DNA from: an uncultured Chloroflexia bacterium
GTDB lineage: Bacteria > Chloroflexota > Anaerolineae > JAAEKA01
Length of the DNA: 64,000 bases
Direction: 5' to 3'
Assembly (NCBI GenBank): GCA_963709505.1
Contig: CAVPXC010000012.1
Coordinates: 93,356-157,355, forward strand
Part shown: one piece after another, positions 28,448-38,313 of the stretch
Numbering within the stretch: the stretch's first letter is position 1
Layout of the letters: each line of letters starts with the position of its first letter
Notes under the pieces: generated by a model
Database searches by the model: none
Seen by the model: only the letters and a program-made list of their open reading frames with translations
What the model was told of the DNA's origin: nothing
Made by a program: the position numbers and the translations under genes

Positions 28448-30553
28448 ATGCAAAGCCAGGTTATGATCCCTACACTGCTATCCTTGAAACTGTTCGGTGG
28501 GTTCGAACTTCGACTAAACGACGTACCTGTCGACGGCTTTGTCTCAAACAAGGCGCGCGCGCTGTTAGCGTTCCTGGTTGTGACCAATAGACCACAGCCG
28601 CGCCCCGTTCTAGCGGAGTTGCTGTGGGGCGACAAGCCCGACAACGTGGCCAACTCCAACCTCCGCATGGCGCTGTCTAATCTTCGCAAGCTCGTTGGTC
28701 CTTGCCTCGACATCACTCGCAGCGATGTGGCCCTCGTCAAGGGACGCCTCTACGATGTGGATGTAGAGCACTTCCAGACACGTCTCAGTCAGGTCGATCT
28801 GGCAACTCTGGAGAGCAACTCCAGCTTGCTGGAGGAAGCAATCGCGCTGTATCGCGGCGACTTTCTCGAGGGCCTATCGGTGCGCGATGCATCGAGCTTT
28901 GAGGAATGGGCGCTGCGCCAGCGAGAGCGCTATCGCCAAATGGCCCTGCAAGCACTCTACCGACTGTCCATGGTCCACACCGACCGCGGCAACTATGCCG
29001 CGGCCATTGATTACACCACCCGGCTGTTGGACCTCGAACTCTGGCAGGAGGAGGGCCACCGGCAGATGATGCTTCTGCTGGCCATCACCGGCCAGCGCGC
29101 CGCCGCCCTGGATCAGTACGCGGCTTGCCGGCGCATCCTGGCCGAGGAGCTGCACGTCGATCCCATGCCCGAGACCAATGCCTTATTGGCCCGCATCAGG
29201 GCCATGCCCGAACAGCGGGACATACCGGCGCAAGCCGGCGCAGGAGCGCCTGCCCTTTTTGGTCGCCAAGACGAGCACGCCTGGATGCTACAGCAATGGA
29301 AAGCCGCTCAAGACCAACGCAGCAAAATCACCTTGATCGAAGGTGAGGTAGGCATCGGCAAGACCCGCCTGGTCGAGGAAGTTCTGCGCTTTGCGACGGC
29401 GGCGGGCGCCACGATTCTGCGGGCGCGCTGTCACGATTTCGGCGACGACATGCCCTTCCATCCGTTCATCGAGATTCTCCGCCAGGCGCTGGATCGGCAG
29501 CCGGACCTGCCTGGCCGCCTCTCCCCGGTGTGGCTAGCAGAGCTGTCTGGACTGCTGCCGGAGCTGACCGATGCCATGCCAGACCTGCTCGAACTGGCGC
29601 TGCGCCCACCCGACGCTAACACGAGACAGCGCCTGTTCGAGGCCATTTCACAACTCTTGCGCGCAACGCAGCATCAGCCGTTGGCCGAGGCCGCACGGCT
29701 GGCTACGAATGGCAAAGGACCGTTGAAGCAAGACAGTACCCTGCTCGCCGCAGCGGTCAAACCCAAGGAACGATGGACCGTTCTCTTCCTCGACGATTTG
29801 CATTGGATCGATAGCGCCAGCGTCGATCTCCTGCGCTACCTGGCTCACCGGCTCAACGGGTGCACCCTGTGGTTCATCGGCGCCTATCAGCGCGAGGGCA
29901 TGGATGCCGATCACCCTTTCCTGAAGCTGCGCCGCTCCCTGGTCTCTGAGGGCCGCGCCGACGTCCTCCGGCTCGAACGTTTGCCTGCCAGCGCGATCAC
30001 CGAATGGATCAAGGCGATGCCCGGCTTGACAGACGACCAGGTCGGCCGGCTATCCAAGTACGCAGTGACTCGTTCGGAGGGCAATCCCTTCGTCACCAAC
30101 CATCTCTTGAAAGAGATGCGCGAGAACGCTTCCCTACGAGAGGTGAGAGGGGTTTGGCGTTTAGAGGATGGGTGGATCCCATCGAGCAGCGCAATTCCTT
30201 TCGCCGTGCGCGAGGTGATCATCCTCAAGCTGAGCCGGGTGAGCCCGGCGGCGCGCGCCTTGCTCGGAGAGGCCGCCGGCCTGGGGGAAAGCTTCAACCT
30301 GCAAAGACTCCGCCAAGTCTTTGGGATGGAAGGGGACCTAGCCGACGCACTAGGTGAATGCTTGCATCAGGGCCTCGTTAGCCCGAGCCACGGCGACACG
30401 TACCGCTTTTCACACGCCATGATTCGCGAGATCGCCTACGAGCGGCTGTCGCCATGGCACCGTATGAAGGCCCATGCCTGGCTCACCCAAAGCCCCTCAT
30501 CGGAGACACCCATCCGGGTGCCATCCGTTCTGGCGGCTGGTCAATTTCGTTGA
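28448..30553 (+). CDS. SARP/AfsR-family transcriptional regulator: OmpR-type winged-helix DNA-binding domain, BTAD, AAA+ (NB-ARC-like) ATPase and a C-terminal helical region
   Basis: Winged-helix region (LFGGFELRLNDVPVDGFVSNKARALLAFLVV). BTAD region (YRGDFLEG...EWALRQRERYRQMALQAL). Walker A GEVGIGKTRL. Start chosen at MQSQVM (28448), because the ORF-finder N-terminus is a translation of the upstream repeat. Confidence 0.75.
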   Translation: MQSQVMIPTLLSLKLFGGFELRLNDVPVDGFVSNKARALLAFLVVTNRPQPRPVLAELLWGDKPDNVANSNLRMALSNLRKLVGPCLDITRSDVALVKGRLYDVDVEHFQTRLSQVDLATLESNSSLLEEAIALYRGDFLEGLSVRDASSFEEWALRQRERYRQMALQALYRLSMVHTDRGNYAAAIDYTTRLLDLELWQEEGHRQMMLLLAITGQRAAALDQYAACRRILAEELHVDPMPETNALLARIRAMPEQRDIPAQAGAGAPALFGRQDEHAWMLQQWKAAQDQRSKITLIEGEVGIGKTRLVEEVLRFATAAGATILRARCHDFGDDMPFHPFIEILRQALDRQPDLPGRLSPVWLAELSGLLPELTDAMPDLLELALRPPDANTRQRLFEAISQLLRATQHQPLAEAARLATNGKGPLKQDSTLLAAAVKPKERWTVLFLDDLHWIDSASVDLLRYLAHRLNGCTLWFIGAYQREGMDADHPFLKLRRSLVSEGRADVLRLERLPASAITEWIKAMPGLTDDQVGRLSKYAVTRSEGNPFVTNHLLKEMRENASLREVRGVWRLEDGWIPSSSAIPFAVREVIILKLSRVSPAARALLGEAAGLGESFNLQRLRQVFGMEGDLADALGECLHQGLVSPSHGDTYRFSHAMIREIAYERLSPWHRMKAHAWLTQSPSSETPIRVPSVLAAGQFR

Positions 30554-30554
30554 T

Positions 30555-30720
30555 GCTACAAGTTGCAAGTGGCAGGTGGCAGGTGGCGGATGGCAGGTGG
30601 CAGGTGGCAGGTGGCAAGTGGCAAGTGGCAAGTGGCAAGTGGCAGGTTGCAGAACACTTATCACTTGCCACCTGCCACCTGCCACTTGTAACCTGCCACC
30701 TGCGAGCCGAACTGCCGATG
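30555..30720. repeat. heptamer-repeat hairpin element, asymmetrically expanded (about 14 GGCAGGT/GGCAAGT units on the left, about 6 complementary units on the right)
   Basis: caagttgcaagtggcaggtggcaggtggcggatggcaggtggcaggtggcaggtggcaagtggcaagtggcaagtggcaagtggcaggttgcag ... cacttgccacctgccacctgccacttgtaacctgccacctgc. Confidence 0.8.
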
Positions 30721-30927
30721 CCGCTGACTTGCCGAATTGGGACTTGCTAGCTACAATTCCGCAACGTATCATGTCTTGAGTTGCATCGAAGCCTTCGTTG
30801 CCAACACAAGTAAAATCATCAGGGGCATAGCTGCCTGGCGTAAAGTTGCACGACCGATCTATGCTGTTGTGTCGAATTGGCGCTACCAACGGCCTGACTG
30901 CCTAGCTATCAAGGAGATAGAGTAACA

Positions 30928-33900
30928 ATGTTTGAGCCCATAAGAGATGTCGCACGTCGTCCTGTTCACAGATTGCGGGGCAAGCACCGTATCCGACCGG
31001 CTCTTGGTACCGCACTCATGCTTGCAGCCATGATCGTCGTGTCGCTGGCCTATGCCACGCCGTCGACATGGGCGAGTGCCCCACCGGCCCAGCCAGCCAC
31101 ACCGATTGTGGTCAATTCGCTCGGGGACGAAGCGGACGCCTACCCCGGCGACGGGATATGCCAAACTGCAAGCGGCAGCGGCTGCACCCTTCGTGCGGCG
31201 ATCCAAGAGGCAGAGAGTGCTAGTTCGCCCGGCCTTGACGTGATTGACCTAACCGGACTGAGCGGTACAATCAGCCTAACGAACGGCGCGTTGCCGGACA
31301 TCAGGGAAGATCTAAACGTCCTCGGCCCGCTACTGATTACCTTAACGATTGACGGCCTTCATGCCGCGCGTCCCCTATTGATCCAGAGAAATGCAACAGT
31401 TCTCGTCGCCAACCTAACGGTCGCCAACGGCAGCAGTACCCGTTTTGGCGGGGCGATCTCAAACAGTGGCACTCTCACGTTGCAGAACGCAACCATCGTT
31501 GGCAGCAACGCCCATGTGACAGGAGGAGCGATTTTCAACAGTAGTGGGGCTTCGTTGTGGCTGAAGGATAGCTTAATCGGCGGTGACACGTCGAGCGACG
31601 CCAACTCCGCGTTGTTCGGCGGAGGCCTCTACAATGGCCGCGGCGCGGTAATCATCGAAGACAGCCAGATCTCGCACAACGAGGCGGCAGCGCTTGGCGG
31701 CGGGATTTATAACTCAGGTGGTAAAGTCACCACGCTTGGCACGACCCGAATCGAAAGCAACCACGCAATCGGCAGCGGCGGAGGAATCTTCAATGGAATC
31801 GGTGGATCACTTGAGGTTTCCAACACAAGCATTGACCGCAATTCGGCCGGCGGATCCGGCGGCGGAATCTATAACCTCGGCGCGCAAACGTTGGTAAACG
31901 CAACCGTAGGAGAGAACACGGCAGTCCACTACGGCGGTGGCATCGCCAACACCCATGGCGCCGTCACCAATCTGTACAACGTGACCATTGCCGGCAACGG
32001 CGCCAACGTTATTTCGGACCATGGCGACTTCCGAGGCAGCGGCGGCGGCGGCATCTTCAGCAGTGCCGCAGTTGGGTTGCAGAACTCCTTGATCAGCGGC
32101 AATTACGACAACTCTACCGTAACCAGTTACCCTGACTGCTACGCTTCGGAATCGGCCTCCTTCCCTGTCAACGCGCAAAATCTCATCGGAAATAACGCAG
32201 GCTGCGCCGCTTACTTCACTAACGGCGTAAACGGTAATCTGGTCGGTACGGCCACGGCCCCACTCGATCCGATGCTCGGAGCCTTCTCAGATCCCGGCGT
32301 TTATCCGCTGCAGGCCGGCAGCCCGGCCGTCGATGCGGGCGACCCAAGCGGCTGCGATGATAGCCACGGCGGTGTTTTGACTGACGATCAGCGCGGCGTG
32401 CTGCGCCCCCAGGGTCCTACCTGCGACATTGGCGCCTACGAAGCCGCGCGGCCTGTGATGAACGACCAAAGCTTTGAGCTGCCGGAGAACAGCCTTAACG
32501 GCACCTTGGTTGGCACGGTTGTCGCAACGGATCCCGACTTGGGTGTACTGACCTACGCGATCACCGGCGGCAACACCGACGACGCATATAGTCTGGACCA
32601 GTCGAACGGCAACCTGACCGTCAACAACAGCAGCGCGCTCAACTACGAGACGACTCCCCAATTCAATCTCTCGGTCGTAGTCACCGACGCCGAAGGTTTC
32701 ACGGACTCTTCGACCGTCACTGTCGATCTAATCAACGTCAACGAGCCCCCGATTGCCGTCGACGACGTTTATACCGCGACACAAGCGTTGCCGTTGACCG
32801 TACCTGCCCCTGGCGTGCTGGAGAACGACATTGATCCCGACCTGGCTAACGTGCTGACGGCAGCCCAACTCACCAGCCCGGCCTATGGTGACGTGAGGTT
32901 GGCCATCGACGGCGGGTTCGTATACACGCCTACCATCGGATTCGCGGGAGAAGACGCTTTCACCTACTTCGCCAGCGATGGAGTGTTTACGAGCACGGCT
33001 ACCGTTTCCATCACCGCAACCTACGATCCGCTGATCGTCCGCAACACCGCCGATAGCGGTGCAGGCTCTCTCAGGGAAGCCATTAATTATGCCACTCAAC
33101 TGGGCCTCCCAGCCACGATCACCTTCGACATCCCTGGCCCTGGCGCCCACACCATTTACCCTGTCATACCATTGCCAGACCTTGCACCATACGTGACGAT
33201 CGACGCAACAACTCAGCCATCCGGCACGGTCGAACTCAACGGCAGTCTGTCACCGGCTGGCACTACAGGGCTGTTCGTCTTCGGCGGCGAGCAAGCCAGC
33301 GCTCCATCGTCAACGGGCGAGCTCAGCGCACTATCTGTTGCCGCCATCCGCGGGCTGGTGATTAAGGGCTTCCCAGGCGACGGCATTCGCATCGCGGATG
33401 CCTATGATATTCTCGTCGAAGCCAACACGGTAATCAGCAATACCGGAAACGGCATCAGCGTATCCAGCGGAACAGGTATTGCCATTCATGGCAATAGCAT
33501 CGCCGAAAACGGCAGACTGGGCATCGATTTGAATGACGACGGCGTCACTCCGAACGACATCGGCGACCCGGATTCAGGACCGAACACGCTGCAAAACACC
33601 CCAGTGCTGCTGCGCGCCGTCCCGATCAACTCCGGCATTACCTTCGAGGGCCGGCTCAATAGCTTGCCGATGACCCGAACCTACACCCTCGAGTTTTTCC
33701 GGAGCTCGACGTGCGATCCCAGCCAGTACGGCGAGGGCCAGGTTTTCCTTGGCGCCCACGATGTGGAGACCAACGGCGCTGGCAACGCCAGGTTCTCGAC
33801 AATCCTGCCCGTCGTCGTACCAACCGGGCAATTCGTGACCGCTACCGCTACCGATCCGGATGGCAACACCTCCGAGTTCTCCCCGTGCATCGTCACCGGC

Positions 33901-36900
33901 GCCGGCAATGATACCTGGCCTCGGGCGCTACGCCTGGAGCCAACACTCGAAGGCCCGATCCTGACCGCAAGCGCGTCGCAGTACCTCGATCTCCTGGACC
34001 AGTCGCGCTGGTACAAGATCCACATCGAGCCAGGCACCAAGGTCAAGGTTACCCTGGAGGACCTGCCTGCCAATTACGACCTGACTTTGTACAAGGACAT
34101 CCGGGAGACCTATGACGCGCTGACAATCCCCAGCGACAACAGTGACCTGACGAAGCTCAACGCCGAGTTCGCACCTGACTCCTGGAGCCCCGACTCCTGG
34201 AGCCCCGACTCCTGGAGCCCTGACTCCTGGAGCCCGACTCCTGGAGCCCAACTCCTCGGAGCCTGACTCCTGGAGCCCCAACTCCTGGAGCCCCGACTCC
34301 TGGAGCCTGACTCCTGGAGCCTGACTCCTCGGAGCCTGACTCCTGGAGCCCGGATACTTACAGCCCCGACTCCTGGAGCCCCAACTCCTGGAGCCCGGAC
34401 CCGGCCTATTCCAGTGCCCAACTGCGCAGCCTTCTAGCGACATCGGGCCTTGACGGCACCGCCAACGAGCGCGTCGTGGCGAACACATGGAGCAACACAG
34501 GCGATTTCTACGTGCGAGTGCGCGGGCGCAACGGTGCCTTCAGCCTGGCTGCGCCATTTACCGTGAGGATCACCGTGGAGACCGGCCTGTGTGAAGGTCT
34601 TGACACAACCCTCGTACCCTCCAGCCTCAGCCCGGTGGCCGGCAACTATCGCACGATCATCCTCACCGACCTGGCCCGCACACCGGGTTCACCCGCGGCC
34701 ATCGCCGAACTGCAGGCTAAGCTGGCCGCTCTAGCCGCCCGCGGCGAGGTCGCCGGCGTCGTGGTGGACGTCGGCGCCGACGCCCGTGTTGCGGCCGCCA
34801 ATGCACAGGCTGACGCCAAGCCGGAGTGTCCGCCTGCCAAGAACCTGGTTGCCGACAGCATCAAGGAAATCGTCGAACAGTATCGCTCGGTCAACCCGCT
34901 GGAGTACGTGGTGCTGGCCGGCGGCGATGAGGTCATTCCCTTCTTCCGCCACCCGGACCACTCGCTGCTGGCAAACGAGTCCAACTACGTGCCGCCTGTG
35001 AAAAACGATACCGCCTCGCAGTCCAGCCTGCGCCTGGGCTACGTCCTGAGCCAGGACCGCTACGGATCTGCCGTTGATGTGTTCTACAAGAGCTACGTCA
35101 TTCCGGTGCCGAACCTGGCTGTCGGCCGGCTCGTGGAGACTCCTGCTGACATGATTGGTATGATCGACGCCTATTTGAGCACGGCATCTGGCGTCGTGAC
35201 TACGCCCACCTCCTCCTTGGTTACCGGCTACGACTTCCTGACAGACGCGGCGGAGGCCGTGCAGACAGAGCTGCAAGCCGGCATCGGCGCACCTGCGCAG
35301 ACACTGATTGCGCCCCGCTCGGCGCTCCCCACCGATCCGGAGTCGTGGAACGCGGATCAGCTTCGTGCGCTGCTCCTGGGCAGCCGCCACGACCTGATCT
35401 ACCTGGCCGGCCATTTCAGCGCCAGCACGGCCCTGGCCGCCGACTATCAGACCCGTCTCTCTTCCACCGACGTCACCTCGTCGACCGTGGACATGGTCAA
35501 CGCCATCGTCTTCAGCGCCGGGTGCCACTCGGGCTACAACATCGTCAATCAAGCCGGCGTGCCCCTCGTGACGCGCGAGCCGGACTGGGCCCAGGCATTC
35601 GCTCGCAAGGGCGCAACGCTCATCGCCGGAACCGGCTACCAGTACGGCGATACCGACTTTATCGAGTACAGCGAACGGCTCTATCGCGAGTTCAGCCAGC
35701 AACTACGCCTTGGGTTCGGCCCGGTTTCAGTCGGCAAGGCCCTCGCAGCCGCCAAAACGCAGTACCTGGCCGAGACGCCTGAGATGCGAGGCATCCACGA
35801 GAAATCTCTACTCGAGGCGACGCTGTTTGGCCTGCCCATGCTCAGCGTGAACATGCCGGCGGGCCGGGGCGATCCGCCGGTAGACCCGTCCATCGTGACC
35901 GAAACCGGCGGCTTCCCGACTAACCCTGGCAATGCCCTGGGGCTACAGGCCGCCGATGTGACCATAGTCCCTGACCTGACCGTCAACAACGTGGTGCTAA
36001 CCGCTACCAACGGCGTCGACACAGTAACTGCGACTTACCTTTCCGGTTCCGATGGTGTCATGGTCAATCCCGGCGAGTCAGCGTTCCCGGTGGAGTTTCC
36101 CAACGTCACGGTACCCGGTAACGTGCTGCGTGGTGTCGGCTTCCGAGGCGGAGCGTACAGCGATGAGACCAACATCATACCGTTGACCGCGGCGCCAGTG
36201 ACTGAGCTGCGAGGTATGCACGGACCGTTCCAGCCGAGCATTTTCTACCCACCATTGCCATGGCAGGCCAACTACTTCGACGCACTGGCGAATCCGGTCG
36301 ATGGTGTCACGCGCCTGGCCATCCTGCCAGCCCAGTTCAAGGCAGACAGCTCGACAGCAGTTGAGGGGACGCTGCGCTCCTTCGACACCATGCGATTCCG
36401 CCTATACTATAGCGACAACCTGATCGTGCCAGAAGATACCGTGCCCAACTATCCGGCGCTGGCCGCACCGCCATCTATCTCGAAAGTCAGCTCGATCACC
36501 GCCACAAACCAGGTCGACTTCGTAGTCACGGTCATCGGCGACCCGGTGGCGGGTGTTCAAGAGGCGTGGGTGATCTACACGGCTGTGGCTGGCGACCTCT
36601 ACGGCCAGTGGCAAGCGCTCGACCTCACGCAAGACGCCCTGGACTCCAGGGCGTGGAAAGGCACACTCACGGTGACCGGGACGGCGCCTGACGACGTGCG
36701 TTTCATGGTGCAGGCCGTGAACGGCGTCGGGTTGGTGGCGACGGCCACCAACATGGGGTCCTACTTCATCGGTGGCGTTGATCCAGGGGCGACCTCCAGC
36801 GACGCCCAACCGACCAGCGTAACCCTGTTGGCCCCACCTACGTCCGGACCCTACGCCACTGAAACAGCCGTTACCGCCCTGTTAGAGACGATCGCCGGGA

Positions 36901-37814
36901 ACGCGGGCAGTGGACCAACCACGGCTGCCAACCCTTTGCCCGGTCAGAGCGTGACGTTCGCCTTGGGCGGCCAACAGCGCGTTGCGATCACCGGTCCGGA
37001 TGGCCGTGCCACGACAACTTTACCGCTCATGGCGCCTCCCGGGCTTAACGAGATACGGGTCTCTTTCGCGGGCACTGAACAATACCTGCCCTCGTCCTCG
37101 ACGGTTCCCTTCACCCTCTTCAAGCAGCCCACGCGGCTGGCGCTCGTACCGCAGCCAGCGACAGGTCAATACAGCGACGCTGTCGAGTTGAGTGCGAAGC
37201 TCACCGATAGCCTAAACAGAGCGCTGCGGGACAAGACGATCTTCATGATCGTCGGCAGCGGCAGTCCATCGACAACGATCTCGACGATAACAAACTACCT
37301 TGGCGAGACTGTGTCGGAGCCTATCTACTTACCGAGCGGCACGTACTCGGTAACCGCCTACTTCATGGGCGTCATTCCAGTAGGCGGCGGTGCGACCGTT
37401 ATGTTGGAAGATCCACTGTATGAGCAATCCACCCAAGGCGGGTCGCTCCTTATGCTTCCGGAATATGCCAAATTGGACTACACGGGCCAGATCGCCGGTT
37501 ACCAGAATCTGCCTTTCCGCGCTGCTGCCCAGGTCGCCCAAGTGGACGACGGCATGCCCGGTGACCTGACCCTGGCCAAGGTGCAATACGTTCTCACTGA
37601 CGCCAACAATCAGGTCGTTGCTTCAATGCTTGGGGACGTCGCACCAGATGGAAGCTCCTTGGCTAAAATCCCGGGGCAGGCGGCAGGCATCTACTACATG
37701 ACTGTCCAGGTCGTTGGCGGCTACTTCACCTCATCCGTCAGCGAGCCCACGACAATCACGGTGTACGCCCCTTTGCCGGTCCGAGTATGGCTTCCAAGCA
37801 TAGCTTCCCAGTGA
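30928..37814 (+). CDS. giant secreted multidomain protein (~2290 aa if contiguous): signal peptide, CSLREA-like motifs, right-handed beta-helix (PbH1) repeats, cadherin-like domains, PPC-like domain interrupted by DSWSP repeats, clan-CD (gingipain C25-like) peptidase-like domain and C-terminal Ig-like domains. The reading frame is broken inside the tandem repeat at 34230-34340.
   Basis: Two 1112-aa ORFs (30928..34266 and 34476..37814) lie in different frames. The first ends inside the PPC-like domain (...RWYKIHIEPGTKVKVTLEDLPANYDLTLYKD...APDSWSPDSW). The second starts by completing it (ANTWSNTGDFYVRVRGRNGAFSLAAPFTVRITVE). Other features: N-terminal signal/TM LGTALMLAAMIVVSLAYA, CSLREA-like motifs GSGCTLRAAIQEA and GAGSLREAINYA, GGGIYN beta-helix repeats, DLINVNEPPIAVDD, and a His/Cys pair in LAGHFSAS...FSAGCHSGYN. 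AAGGAG ribosome-binding site. Confidence 0.6.
34174..34400 (+). repeat. coding 15-nt tandem repeat (GACTCCTGGAGCCCN encoding DSWSP) of about 13 units, with several 14-nt units and two ctcgg variants
   Basis: Spacings between successive ACTCCT starts are 15,15,15,14,14,15,15,15,14,14,15. The net length change of about -4 switches from frame 1 to frame 3. Confidence 0.85.
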
Positions 37815-37928
37815 CGATCTCGGAATGAAGCGACTTGTTTCAGTGCATGGTAGGAACCGGCACTCACAATTGGAACGAATTAGCGCATACGCACCGCCCA
37901 GCAGGTCGCCTCGAGGGAGTCGCTGCTG

Positions 37929-38279
37929 ATGCTGACACTGTTCGAGCGCGGCCTGCTGGCCCACTTGATCGCCGATTGGCTCCTGCAAAACGACTGGATG
38001 GCACGCAACAAGCGCAGCGTACTTCACCCTGCCGCTTGGGTGCACGCCGGTATCCAGTCTATGTGCTTGGGTATCGCCTTGGGCCCGATCGCGGGTATCG
38101 TGCTGGGCGGCATACATCTGTTGGTCGACACGCGCATTCCCATGCGCTGGTGGCAACGCGTGTTTCGGCAAACCACCGAAGGCGAGGTGGCCTTGCACGT
38201 CGCCATCTGGGAAGACCAGGTCATCCATATCGTCACTATCGGGATTTGGGTCGCTTTAGTTGGCCTGATTAAACCGTAA
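37929..38279 (+). CDS. DUF3307-family membrane protein
   Basis: The sequence MLTLFERGLLAHLIADWLLQNDWMARNK matches the DUF3307 N-terminal signature. Two to three TM segments. Confidence 0.55.
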   Translation: MLTLFERGLLAHLIADWLLQNDWMARNKRSVLHPAAWVHAGIQSMCLGIALGPIAGIVLGGIHLLVDTRIPMRWWQRVFRQTTEGEVALHVAIWEDQVIHIVTIGIWVALVGLIKP

Positions 38280-38313
38280 GAACGAGCAAACCGCCCCAAA
38301 CGGAAAGTCAAGC

